This document shows positions 28,802 through 40,520 of a stretch of 64,000 nt of DNA, one piece after another. The notes under the pieces were generated by a model that searched no databases, had not been told where the DNA came from, and saw only the letters and a list, made by a program, of their open reading frames with translations. Source of the stretch: Cyanobium sp. (lineage in GTDB: Bacteria > Cyanobacteriota > Cyanobacteriia > PCC-6307 > Cyanobiaceae); the NCBI GenBank assembly GCA_044233545.1, contig JBIIJV010000001.1:3263-67262 (forward strand). Reading direction: 5' to 3'. The position numbers and the translations under genes were made by a program. The first letter of the stretch is position 1, and the number at the start of each line of letters is the position of its first letter.

Positions 28802-30427
28802 ATGGCCCTGGCCCAAACTGGCGCCAGGGCTTTTTGTTGTTCTGATTTGGAACTGATACGCACCCGTGCCCAACTGGCGGACTGGCGCCGCGGACTGCCG
28901 CCCCGGCCGCTCCATTTCGTGCCGACCATGGGTGCAATGCACCAGGGGCACCAGCAGTTAATTCGTCGGGCCGCCGAGCCCCGCTCCAGTGGCGACCCGA
29001 CAGTCATCGTCAGCGTTTTCGTCAATCCGCTGCAGTTTGGCCGCGGCGAAGATTTCGATCGCTACCCCCGCGACCTTGATCGCGACGGCGATTTGGCTGC
29101 TGAGGCCGGAGCCCAGGCCCTGTTTGCCCCGTCCTTGGGCGAGATGTTTCCCCAGGGGGAGGCGGAAATCACCCGCATTCTGCCGCCGTCCTCCCTGGGC
29201 GATCGCTTGTGCGGCCTTAGCCGACCAGGCCATTTCGAGGGTGTGGCCACCATTGTCTGCCGTCTCCTCGCCCTGGTGCGGCCCCAGCGCTTGGTGATGG
29301 GGGAAAAGGATTGGCAGCAGCTGTTGATCCTTAGACGTGTTGTCGCTGACCTGGGTCTCAATGTGACCTTGGAGGGATGTGCCACCGTGCGGGGCCCCGA
29401 TTCCCTGGCCTGCAGCTCCCGCAACCGCTACCTCAGTCAGGCGGAGGCCGCCGCCGCCGCCGCCTTGCCCCAGGCTCTTGCCCAGGCGGCCCTTGACAGT
29501 CGCTCAGATCCCGGAGCTGCGGGATTGGTTTTCGCCGTGCGCGCTCGCCTAGAGGCGGCTGGCTTGCGCCCGGATTATGTCGAGCTGGTGCGGGCGCATA
29601 GCCTGACCCCCTTGCAGCGCGTCGAGGGGCTGGCCCTGTTGGCCGCCGCCGCCTATTGCGGTCCTAGCCGACTGATCGATCATGTTTTTCTTATGACTCG
29701 CGCTCCGATCGTCGCCATTGATGGACCTGCTGGGGCTGGCAAGAGCACCGCGACCCGGGCCCTGGCCCACAGGCTCGGCCTCCTTTACCTCGACACGGGT
29801 GCCATGTACCGGGCCCTCACCTGGTGGGTGCGGGAGCAGGGGGTGGACCCTGCTGATGCCGCGGCCATCGCCCCCCTCCTGCAGGATCTCGACCTCCGCC
29901 TGCTCGGCGGCGTCGATGGCGAGCAGCAGGTCCTGATCAACGGCCACGACGTGAGCACGGCGATTCGCAGCCCGGAGGTCACCGCCCTGGTGTCCACCGT
30001 GGCCGCCCATGGCTGTGTGCGGGAGGCTCTCACCTCCCAGCAGCGGGCGATGGGGGCGCGGGGTGGCCTAGTGGCGGAGGGGCGCGACATCGGCACCGCC
30101 GTGTTCCCAGATGCCGAGTGCAAGGTGTTCCTCACCGCCACGGTGGCGGAGCGGGCCCGGCGTCGGGCCCTGGATCTGGAGCAGCGGGGCTTTTCGGTGC
30201 CGCCCCTGGCCGAGCTTGAGGCGGCGATCGCCGAACGGGATCGCCTCGATTCCAGCCGGGAGGTGGCGCCCCTGCTCCAGGCGGAGGATGCCGCCGTGGT
30301 GATCACCGATGGGCTCACGATCGACGAGGTGATCGCGGTTCTGGAGGATCACTTCCGGGCGCGGGTGCCCGAGGACGCCTGGCCCGGGCCAGCCGCTGCT
30401 GGCGAAGGAAGCGATCTCCTGGGTTGA
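28802..30427 (+). CDS. panC: Bifunctional pantoate--beta-alanine ligase / (d)CMP kinase
   Basis: N-terminal half has PTMGAMHQGH...VSVFVNPLQF (PanC). C-terminal half has IAIDGPAGAGKST...GRDIGT (Cmk). This is the known cyanobacterial fusion. Confidence 0.9.
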   Translation: MALAQTGARAFCCSDLELIRTRAQLADWRRGLPPRPLHFVPTMGAMHQGHQQLIRRAAEPRSSGDPTVIVSVFVNPLQFGRGEDFDRYPRDLDRDGDLAAEAGAQALFAPSLGEMFPQGEAEITRILPPSSLGDRLCGLSRPGHFEGVATIVCRLLALVRPQRLVMGEKDWQQLLILRRVVADLGLNVTLEGCATVRGPDSLACSSRNRYLSQAEAAAAAALPQALAQAALDSRSDPGAAGLVFAVRARLEAAGLRPDYVELVRAHSLTPLQRVEGLALLAAAAYCGPSRLIDHVFLMTRAPIVAIDGPAGAGKSTATRALAHRLGLLYLDTGAMYRALTWWVREQGVDPADAAAIAPLLQDLDLRLLGGVDGEQQVLINGHDVSTAIRSPEVTALVSTVAAHGCVREALTSQQRAMGARGGLVAEGRDIGTAVFPDAECKVFLTATVAERARRRALDLEQRGFSVPPLAELEAAIAERDRLDSSREVAPLLQAEDAAVVITDGLTIDEVIAVLEDHFRARVPEDAWPGPAAAGEGSDLLG

Positions 30428-30494
30428 GGCGACCGCCGGCTCGGGACCACGGCCCCTCCGCCTTCCGCCCAGCTCCGTCTCGATGGGGTGACCC

Positions 30495-31022
30495 TCAGCC
30501 CTGACGCCGCTCCTGCAATAGGTCTTCCAGCAGGCCGGCGCAGGCATCTTCGAGTAGGTCAAGCACCCGTTCGAATCCGTCTTCCCCCCCGTAATAGGGA
30601 TCGGGCACCTCGGCGGAACGGAGCCGGCGGCAATGGTCGATGAGGGGGCTGATCCGGGCCTTTCCAGGTGCCTGGCGTTCCAGCCGTTGCACCGCAGCCA
30701 GGTTGTCGGCATCCATGGTGAGGATGTGGTCGAAGCGCTGCAGGTCGGCGGCCTCGATCTGCCGGGCCCGTCTCGGAAGGTGGATGCCACGCCGTTCGGC
30801 GGCGGCGATCATGCGGCGATCAGCCCGATGGCCCACGTGCCAGCCACCCGTGCCGGCTGAATCCACCGCGAAGTAGTCCTCCAGTCCTGCCTCAGCCAGC
30901 AGGTGCAGGAACACCCCCTCAGCGGCAGGAGAGCGGCAGATGTTGCCCATGCAAACAAACAGCACCCGGGTCGGTGGGGCCTGACCGCCGCAGGGTCCGC
31001 TCTGGTTGTTTGGTGTGGGCAT
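30495..31022 (-). CDS. ptpA: Low-molecular-weight protein-tyrosine phosphatase
   Basis: VLFVCMGNICRSPAAEG P-loop and DPYYGG. Confidence 0.9.
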   Translation of the reverse strand: MPTPNNQSGPCGGQAPPTRVLFVCMGNICRSPAAEGVFLHLLAEAGLEDYFAVDSAGTGGWHVGHRADRRMIAAAERRGIHLPRRARQIEAADLQRFDHILTMDADNLAAVQRLERQAPGKARISPLIDHCRRLRSAEVPDPYYGGEDGFERVLDLLEDACAGLLEDLLQERRQG

Positions 31023-31046
31023 GCTTGGCAGTGGGGGATTCCTGGC

Positions 31047-31775
31047 TCAGGCGGCAGGGCCGAGGCGCCCGAGGGCCTGGTTAGCCCGCAGCGGCACCAC
31101 CGTGGTGTCCTGATCGGGATCGCTGAGCAGGGTAAGGGTCTGGAGGGCGCGCGCCCTGAGCTCCCCCTCGGAGCTCCCGCTCTCGGGCACGAGATCAAGG
31201 GCCAGCGATTCCAGGCCCACCACCACCGCGTAGCGCACCACCCATTCCCCATCAGCCGCTGCCGCCTCCAGGGCCGTCAGGGACCGTTCCAGCACCTCGC
31301 ACCGCTCCTGCTCTGGCAGGGCGCCACTGCGCAGCTGGCCCAGGCCGCGGGCGGCGGCCCGGCGCACGCTGGGGCCGATGTCGCCGCCGAGGGCCTGCTC
31401 CAGCAGCTCCAGACCGCGCACATCGCCGATCCCCGCCAGGGCCCGCACCGCCCAGGCCCGGGCCCCGTAGTTGTGGGCATCGAGGTTGTCGAGCAGGGGG
31501 GCCACCGCGGCCTCACCACAGGCGATCAAGCCGTCCACGGCGGCCACGGCGGCACCGGGATTGTTGAAGCCCAGCACCTGCACCAGGGCGGCGATGGCGG
31601 CCGGGGCCGGTGGATCACCGCCAGCCAGCTGGCTGGCCAGGCAGGTTGTGGCGTCCAGCAGCGCGGTGGCGGTGTCGGCCTGCTCCACCGCCTGGATCAG
31701 GGGGGTCACGCTGGCGAAGGGATCGGTCAACGAGGGATCGGTCAACGAGGGATCGGTCATCGGAAACGAGGACAT
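31047..31775 (-). CDS. cpcF: Phycocyanin alpha-subunit bilin lyase, F subunit (CpcF/RpcF-like)
   Basis: HEAT repeats: NNPGAAVAAVDGLIACGEAAV, HNYGARAWAVRALAGIGD, PSVRRAAARGLGQL. Directly downstream of the CpcE-like gene. Confidence 0.8.
   Translation of the reverse strand: MSSFPMTDPSLTDPSLTDPFASVTPLIQAVEQADTATALLDATTCLASQLAGGDPPAPAAIAALVQVLGFNNPGAAVAAVDGLIACGEAAVAPLLDNLDAHNYGARAWAVRALAGIGDVRGLELLEQALGGDIGPSVRRAAARGLGQLRSGALPEQERCEVLERSLTALEAAAADGEWVVRYAVVVGLESLALDLVPESGSSEGELRARALQTLTLLSDPDQDTTVVPLRANQALGRLGPAA
31720..31760. repeat. In-frame 15-bp tandem repeat (gggatcggtcaacga x2.7) at the 5' end of cpcF
   Basis: Read directly. Encodes TDPSL-TDPSL-TDP in MSSFPMTDPSLTDPSLTDPF. Confidence 0.9.
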
Positions 31776-31784
31776 CGGCCGGCC

Positions 31785-32717
31785 TCAGAGCAGAGCATCC
31801 ATGGCGCCGAGCAGGGCCTCCAGGCCGGGCTCGCCGCTGCCCTGCTCCACCAGGCCCCGTAGGGCGATCAGCTTGAGGCTGTTCTCCGCCAGGGTGGCGC
31901 TGATGGGTTCGAGGGCGGGACGCCAGCCCACGGCGCCCAGGTCCATCAGGGCGGCCCGGCGCACCTGCAGTTGGGCATGCTCCAGCAGCTCCACCAGCAC
32001 CTCACCCCAGCGGACCTCGGCGGTGAGCTGCAGCAGGGCCCGGGCGGCAGCACTGCGAACCAGCGGACGGTCATGGCCGGTGAACGGCTCGATCACCCCC
32101 ACCACCGCAGGATCGGCCACGCCGATCGCGCCCAGGGCCTCGATCAGGGCCTCGCAGGGTTCCTGGAGCTTGGGGCTGTTGGTCATGGGCGCTCCGGCGC
32201 CGGCCAGACCACTGGCCAGGCGGGCGCAGATCGGTTCCACCGCCTCAAGGGCCCCCAGTTCGCCCAGGGCCCGGGCCGCGGCCTCCCGCAGACCGTCGTC
32301 GTCGTCTTCAAGGGCGGCCAGGAGGTCGGGCACCGCACCGCCATCCCCCAACTTGCCCAGGGCCCGGGCCGCGTTGCGGGCCACTGCGTTGTGCTCCACA
32401 CCAGCGCCGGGATCCCGCGGCTGGCGTTGGCGCAGGGCGGAGCGCAGCAGGGGGACGGTGTCGGGGTGCCGGCTGCGCATCCGCCCCAGCCACCAGGCGG
32501 CGTAGTACTGCAGCGACTGATCGTCGGTCTGTCGAAGGCGCTGCAGTGCTTCGTCCTCCTTGATCGGTTCGCCTGCTGCGGTGATCCCCGAATCTGGATC
32601 GGTGGTTCCAGCCATGGCCCGCACGGTGCCGGAGAGGGAATCTGATGTTGGCATTGCGTCAAGTCCTCCCCGGCTGGCGCCGCCTGCCTTGCCTCGGAGA
32701 AACCGGAGCTGGAACAC
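31785..32717 (-). CDS. cpcE: Phycocyanin alpha-subunit bilin lyase, E subunit (CpcE/RpcE-like)
   Basis: YYAAWWLGRMR, RNAARALGKLGD, ENSLKLIALRGL and terminal MDALL match CpcE hallmarks. Confidence 0.85.
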   Translation of the reverse strand: MFQLRFLRGKAGGASRGGLDAMPTSDSLSGTVRAMAGTTDPDSGITAAGEPIKEDEALQRLRQTDDQSLQYYAAWWLGRMRSRHPDTVPLLRSALRQRQPRDPGAGVEHNAVARNAARALGKLGDGGAVPDLLAALEDDDDGLREAAARALGELGALEAVEPICARLASGLAGAGAPMTNSPKLQEPCEALIEALGAIGVADPAVVGVIEPFTGHDRPLVRSAAARALLQLTAEVRWGEVLVELLEHAQLQVRRAALMDLGAVGWRPALEPISATLAENSLKLIALRGLVEQGSGEPGLEALLGAMDALL

Positions 32718-32908
32718 GCCTGTGTCGGCCCCTCGTGTTCCGTCGCAACTCCGAACGCGTGAGGGTGTGGATCGATACTCCGTCCGAAGTCGTGGCGCAA
32801 TTCCATGGCCATTGCTTCTGCTGCCACGTCACGATGATCGAGGCCTGACGTCTGGCCAGTCTGAGAGAATCAGTCCTTAACAACGATTTAGATCCTGGAT
32901 TAATCTCC

Positions 32909-33739
32909 ATGGCAAGGACGACCAACCAGAGCGACACAGCAGCAGATCGTCAGTGGGATCTGATGCGTGCCAGCTTCGATGGCGACTGGCAGGGGGTGAC
33001 CACCTGGTATGGGCGAGATAGTACTGGAATGAATCTGACCCGAGGAGAATCAGATCCAGCTGGATCGCTCTATGCGATCCGTTTTTCCGATGACAACACG
33101 GGGCTTTGGCATGGAACGGGCTTGCGATTTGCCGCCGGTGGGGAACGCAAGTTTCCCTTGTTTCGGCATAGCTATAATCTAAGCAATAATTGTTGGCATG
33201 TCCCCAATACCGCAGGTCAGTCAAGTCTGGAAATGGACGGAAGTGTCGGCCGGGCGGGCCATGAAGTGAACTTCTTCACCTGCCGCTCCCGCTCCATGCT
33301 CATTGCTCTTTATCAGCGACGGGAAGATCAATCTATAGTCCTGCAATCCATCGCTGCCACACCCTTTCGTTGCAAGCGTGCCCTTGTCGATCCGGTACGG
33401 GACAAGCCAGATTCGCTCCACGATATTTTTCAAACCATCACGGGATGGCCTGGGATAGAGCAGGAGTTACGACCCGGTCAGTGGCCAAAAAACCCATCTC
33501 CAGGTCTGGCTATCGCAGCATTCGATGCAAGAAACTTTCAAAGATATGATGTTAACGGTTATTTTTTAGACAATCTATTGTGCAGCCTGCCAGAATGCTT
33601 GCCCCACGGTAGTTTTGATCTAAATTTTGGCTGCCTATTAAGCCCAAAAAGTTTTGTGCATCTGATCATTGGCTACGATGAAACGCATCAACTTGTCAGC
33701 TGGGTGGAACGTCGTTATCAACCCACCATGGATGGGTGA
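32909..33739 (+). CDS. Conserved hypothetical protein of the phycobilisome rod region
   Basis: 276-aa ORF, lower GC than the backbone, divergent from cpcE. No recognised catalytic motif. Confidence 0.55.
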   Translation: MARTTNQSDTAADRQWDLMRASFDGDWQGVTTWYGRDSTGMNLTRGESDPAGSLYAIRFSDDNTGLWHGTGLRFAAGGERKFPLFRHSYNLSNNCWHVPNTAGQSSLEMDGSVGRAGHEVNFFTCRSRSMLIALYQRREDQSIVLQSIAATPFRCKRALVDPVRDKPDSLHDIFQTITGWPGIEQELRPGQWPKNPSPGLAIAAFDARNFQRYDVNGYFLDNLLCSLPECLPHGSFDLNFGCLLSPKSFVHLIIGYDETHQLVSWVERRYQPTMDG

Positions 33740-34635
33740 GTCAGCGTGAAGCCGAGTTGCTTGAGCTTTGCATTGCTCACCCTGGCGTTGAGTACACGAT
33801 CGGTCGTGTCAATTGTCAACCATTTTGCCAGTGGTAGACCAGCTTGTTCGCACAGGCGATCAGTCAGCTCTTGACCCGTGTATTGGGTATCATTCACCAG
33901 ATTGTAAGTGTCGTTGAGGTTGTTCTCAAAAGCAAATGACACCGCACGAACAATATCATCAAGATGGATCCAGCAAGGCACGTTTTGGCCATTGCGTTGA
34001 ACAACGCCGCCTGCAGCTGAGAGGAGCATGGCGGGGATATCACGGCCAGGCCCGTAGATGCCACCCAGTCGAAAAATGCAAACGTTGACCGATTCTGAGC
34101 GGAGTGACTGGATCATGTCCTCAGCCATCACCAGAACTTCATTAACCGGGTGAAGCGAATCCAGTTGAACGGTCTCGTCGGTTAAGGCACCAGATCGATT
34201 GCCATAGACACCGCAGCTGCTCAAGTGAACCAGTTGCAACGGGGTTTCCCGTGGGCGTTGCTGGAGCGCATCCTTCAGCATCTGCAAGCCTCCAAGGAAG
34301 GTCTCCCGATAGTGATTGATATCAACCTGAGAAGTCTTGGAGGGTGCAAACGACACCAAGATGCCATCAAGGCCTTCAGTAAAGGAGAGGCTGGTGCGGG
34401 AATCTGTGGAATCAAAAACTACTGGAGATTCGACAAGCTCAGCCAACTCGGCTAGGCGTTCATGGCGGGTCGTCGTTCCCCAAAGTTGATGTCCTTCCTG
34501 CCTCCAGGCCTTGGCAACCGCTTGACCCACGTAACCACAGCCAAGAATGGCGCGCTGCTCCCCGGAGGGCAGGATGGGGCGCCGCTCCTTGGCAAGCATT
34601 TGGTAGAACGAATCTAGGTTTGGAGAGAACGTCAT
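33718..34635 (-). CDS. NAD(P)-dependent epimerase/dehydratase-like SDR
   Basis: Rossmann motif ILGCGYVGQAV. Start taken at the ATG at 34635 (MTFSPN...). The ORF track extends to 34713. Confidence 0.7.
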   Translation of the reverse strand: MTFSPNLDSFYQMLAKERRPILPSGEQRAILGCGYVGQAVAKAWRQEGHQLWGTTTRHERLAELAELVESPVVFDSTDSRTSLSFTEGLDGILVSFAPSKTSQVDINHYRETFLGGLQMLKDALQQRPRETPLQLVHLSSCGVYGNRSGALTDETVQLDSLHPVNEVLVMAEDMIQSLRSESVNVCIFRLGGIYGPGRDIPAMLLSAAGGVVQRNGQNVPCWIHLDDIVRAVSFAFENNLNDTYNLVNDTQYTGQELTDRLCEQAGLPLAKWLTIDTTDRVLNARVSNAKLKQLGFTLTHPSMVG

Positions 34636-34770
34636 GGGACCGTTACATTTCTTAAACCTTAGCCGAAGCGTCAGCGGGGTGTGAGGCAAGGGATGGGTCG
34701 GTCCTCGCTGCACTGAGAGCTGGTCCCGCTCCGCTTCGCGTCAGAGTGTGGCTTCAGGCGTTCCATCCCA

Positions 34771-35004
34771 ATGCCCACTTACCAGATCACAGCGGAGGGG
34801 CTGGCGGACCTGCAGGTGAACTGTCCAGGTTGCAGCGGCGATGCCCTCGTACTGGCCATGGGGCACCAGGAAATGCAGAGCTTTCAGACGCTCCGGCGCA
34901 GCCATGACGGCCGTCAATGGTGGTTTCAGGTGACCTTGAAGCCCGGAGGGGCTGAAGACATTGGCGTCATCAGGGTGGTCAGCGTCTTTCGAATCGACGG
35001 CTGA
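34771..35004 (+). CDS. Small hypothetical protein (77 aa)
   Basis: ORF with a CPGC motif. A longer antisense ORF (34741..35133) competes for the same DNA. The choice of strand is uncertain. Confidence 0.35.
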   Translation: MPTYQITAEGLADLQVNCPGCSGDALVLAMGHQEMQSFQTLRRSHDGRQWWFQVTLKPGGAEDIGVIRVVSVFRIDG

Positions 35005-35090
35005 TGTTGCGATTGATACCACGGGCCCAGGTTCTATCCGACGGCTGGCTTGATGCGTTTCAGCAGAGTGGTGGCATGAGCGACCCACGC

Positions 35091-36610
<1,520 letters not shown>

Positions 36611-37225
36611 TTAGCTATCCGCAGCAAGCGGCTGCGTGGCGAGTGGGAAACGCTGTCGTGCCGTTGCGCTGATGGCTTCCAGTTGAGCGTCACTGGGACA
36701 GCGCAGCTCGGTGCAGTAGGTCGTCATGCTGATGCCATCAAGGAACTGCACACTGCTGACACGGATGCGTACGCCTTCGGTCACGAACCAGCAGCGCTCA
36801 ACCCCTACATTCGTGTCATAGCGAGTGGTGATGGTGAGCAGCCCGTCCTCGGCAAAGCAGTAGTTGCTGATCACCGGCTGTTTCTCGATGTAGCCCTTGT
36901 CCCGCAGTAGCAAGCCACAGCGTGGGTTCGCAATGTCCACAACATCGAGCAGAACGGCGGCATTGTCGTCACCGCGGCTGTTCTCCTTGAGGTTGCTCTC
37001 CCACCAAAAGCGAGCACCGCCGCTCACCTGGTCGCTGGCAACTCCAAGGCTTTCGCAGATACTCTGCACGGCCCCATCAGAGCCATCAAAAGGCTCGATG
37101 GTGAGATTGGAGTCGCCGGCTTCGTCGTCCTGGTGATCAAGATGGTGCACGGCGCGGCGAGTCAGCCAAGTGCCGGCACTGGCGGCCAGGAAATCCGCCA
37201 TGGTCAACGGTGGAAGCTGTGCCAT
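36611..37225 (-). CDS. CpcS/CpeS-family (S-type) phycobilin lyase paralog (CpeU-like position)
   Basis: MADFLAASAGTWLTRRAVHHL..., a beta-barrel-type sequence resembling CpeS/CpcS. Start 37225 or 37201. Lies 6 nt downstream of the ho stop. Confidence 0.75.
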   Translation of the reverse strand: MAQLPPLTMADFLAASAGTWLTRRAVHHLDHQDDEAGDSNLTIEPFDGSDGAVQSICESLGVASDQVSGGARFWWESNLKENSRGDDNAAVLLDVVDIANPRCGLLLRDKGYIEKQPVISNYCFAEDGLLTITTRYDTNVGVERCWFVTEGVRIRVSSVQFLDGISMTTYCTELRCPSDAQLEAISATARQRFPLATQPLAADS

Positions 37226-37230
37226 CACGG

Positions 37231-37944
37231 TCAGGCGACGACGGCCTCGGTGCTGCCGCCCCGGATCCGCCGGGTGAGGAAACCGAACAGAACCTTGCCG
37301 ATGGCGGCGACCAGGTTTCCCTCCAGTTCCTGGAACATCTTCATGTTGCAATGGAAGGCCTGGTTGGCCTCTTCCACGATGCGGTCCGCCAGGACCTGAT
37401 CAATCGGCAGGCCGTCGAGGATGGTGCGGTAATCGGCCTTGAAGGCCTTTTCGTCGTCGATTGCATCAAACTCGTAGAAACGCAAGCCATCGTGCTCTCC
37501 CAGGCTCATGGCTTTCTGGGCGATGTTCTTGAGGATCTGACCGCCGGAAAGGTCACCGATGTAACGAGTGTAGTGGTGACCCACCAGCAGCTCGGGTGCC
37601 GCCTCGGCCACCTGATGAATGCGGGCTACGTACTCCTGGGCGCCTGGAGTGGCTTTGACCTGGCTGCGCCAGTCCGAACCGAAGTAGAAGGCCAGATCCT
37701 GCTCCAGCGCTGCTCGCCGATTGAGCTGGGGGAAACCGATAGGCCCCACCACGGGGTGATCGGCGAGCTTGCCGATCTCTTCCTCCATGGCGCTATACAC
37801 AAACCAGAGATCCCCCACCAGGGTGCGGTAGCTGGCCTTGTCGACCACCCCCTTGAGGAAGCAACTTACAAATCCCGTGTTCTCGGCCATGGTATGGGCC
37901 TTCTTCGTCCCCTCTCGCAGCTGGAGAGCAAGGTTGACAGCCAT
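37231..37944 (-). CDS. ho1: Heme oxygenase
   Basis: LALQLREGTKKAHTMAENTGFV.CFLKGVVDK..Y..L...L.FVYSAMEEE, a typical HO1. Confidence 0.95.
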   Translation of the reverse strand: MAVNLALQLREGTKKAHTMAENTGFVSCFLKGVVDKASYRTLVGDLWFVYSAMEEEIGKLADHPVVGPIGFPQLNRRAALEQDLAFYFGSDWRSQVKATPGAQEYVARIHQVAEAAPELLVGHHYTRYIGDLSGGQILKNIAQKAMSLGEHDGLRFYEFDAIDDEKAFKADYRTILDGLPIDQVLADRIVEEANQAFHCNMKMFQELEGNLVAAIGKVLFGFLTRRIRGGSTEAVVA

Positions 37945-38062
37945 GGCGGCAAGGCAGGAATAGTTCTGGCTCGAACCTAAGGGAGGATCGCCCGGGATCC
38001 GGTCACTCAGTTGCAGCCCTCAATGAAAGTCCAGGCCAGCCGAAGGGCAGGACTGAATCGGG

Positions 38063-38278
38063 TTAGGACAGAGCGGTGGTCTCGAGCTGGCTGGCTAGCT
38101 GGATGAGGACCGCCTCGATGCGCTGCAGTTCGGCGTGGGAGGCGAGGGTGGCCTCAATCTGCTTCTGGGGGAGCTTGAGACGCTGGCCCATGGCCTTCAC
38201 GTCGTTGACCAGACGATCGCGGTAGGCGGTGAGCACTTCGATTGACTCGAGACAGTCCTGATGGCTGGGATCGGTCAT
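38063..38278 (-). CDS. Small helical hypothetical protein (71 aa)
   Basis: Clean ORF with balanced composition, between ho and the cpeBA promoter region. No family recognised. Confidence 0.45.
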   Translation of the reverse strand: MTDPSHQDCLESIEVLTAYRDRLVNDVKAMGQRLKLPQKQIEATLASHAELQRIEAVLIQLASQLETTALS

Positions 38279-38568
38279 GGATCGGACGAGGTGGCTCCGA
38301 TCAGGGTAGGTAGTCGGTCGAGCCCGGGATCTGTCACTGCGGCCGCGGGGCTCGCTGGGAGGCCATGCCCAACAGGCGAGTTCGATGGCACGTCAAACCA
38401 TCTGGGCCGGCAGGCCAGGGTCCGGGAATCGGCCGATCGGGCTTAGGTCTTAAAATCTTCTGCCACTTAGATGACAAAACTTTGCGTCACTCATTCGCTT
38501 TGGGTCTGGGCCAGCACCTCGGGTTAATTTCATGGTGCTTCAGGCCTTAGGACAAGCTTGATAGCTGC

Positions 38569-39212
<644 letters not shown>

Positions 39213-39229
39213 TCGGCTTTAAGCAATAG

Positions 39230-39763
<534 letters not shown>

Positions 39764-39782
39764 GGCGCGTTTCATTCCGCAG

Positions 39783-39809
39783 GGGGAGGCTTAGGCCTCC
39801 CCTTTTTTT
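39783..39809 (+). terminator. Rho-independent terminator of cpeBA
   Basis: GGGGAGGC-TTAG-GCCTCCCC followed by TTTTTTT, 20 nt after the cpeA stop. Confidence 0.75.
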
Positions 39810-39857
39810 GTTGACGGCCCCTTCTGAGCCCCTTTCCCTCGCAGCGACTACCTCCCG

Positions 39858-40487
39858 ATGGCTCCTGTCACCAGCACCGGCTCCCTTGATCAGCTGTTCG
39901 ACGATCTTGGGCACCCCAATCCCTACGTGCAGACTGAGGCGTTCCTGGAGATGGTTCGGCATCATGCCGATGCATCATTGCCTCGGCTGCTTCTGATGCT
40001 CGATCATCAGGATGTGGTGAGGCGACGGGCAGCGGTGCGCGCCCTAGGTGCTTTCGCCGATCGGGCGATGCTGCCCCTTGCCGCTAAGTTCCACGCCAGC
40101 TCCGATGCCACCGTTCGCGCCAGTTGCGTGAAGGCCTATGCCCAGATTGCTTCCAATCGGCCCGGCATCGATGTTCCTCCGGAAGCCATGGCAGCCCTTG
40201 AGGCCGCGTTGCATGACGCCTCCCCCGTGGTGGCGATCACCGCTGTGATGGCCCTCGGCCAGGTCGGTAGGCAGGCCCTGCCGCTGTTGCTCCAGGTGTG
40301 CCGCGGCAAGAACGAGGCACAGGCAGTGGCAGCGGTGACTGCTCTGGCTGGCATCGATCATCCGGATGTGGCCGCTTGCTTCCTTGAGTTGTCCACCGCT
40401 GGGACTACCGATCCCTACGTGCTCGAAACGGTGATTTCGTCGATGGCCAGGGTGGAGGATTTACGGATGCGGCAGGCGTCGTTCTAA
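39858..40487 (+). CDS. cpeZ: HEAT-repeat PE lyase component, CpeZ-like
   Basis: 209 aa. HEAT repeats (NPYVQTEAFLEM, VVRRRAAVRALGAF, TVRASCVKAY, PVVAITAVMALGQVG). Size and position next to cpeBA fit CpeZ. Confidence 0.7.
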   Translation: MAPVTSTGSLDQLFDDLGHPNPYVQTEAFLEMVRHHADASLPRLLLMLDHQDVVRRRAAVRALGAFADRAMLPLAAKFHASSDATVRASCVKAYAQIASNRPGIDVPPEAMAALEAALHDASPVVAITAVMALGQVGRQALPLLLQVCRGKNEAQAVAAVTALAGIDHPDVAACFLELSTAGTTDPYVLETVISSMARVEDLRMRQASF

Positions 40488-40520
40488 TAGCGATCCATCA
40501 GTCTGCCGCTCAGGCAGGCG

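Noticed and set aside
28186-29025. 279-aa minus-strand ORF across rlpA and the panC start.
   Set aside because: It is antisense to two well-supported genes and has no recognisable domain.
28802-30427. panC-cmk gene fusion as a possible novelty.
   Set aside because: This bifunctional fusion is a known, widespread cyanobacterial feature.
30428-31046. Search for a tRNA-Phe-derived direct repeat or an integrase/transposase at the ptpA border of the rod region (mobile-island hypothesis).
   Set aside because: No extended match to the tRNA 3' half was seen by eye. No recombinase-like ORF occurs anywhere in 31-57 kb.
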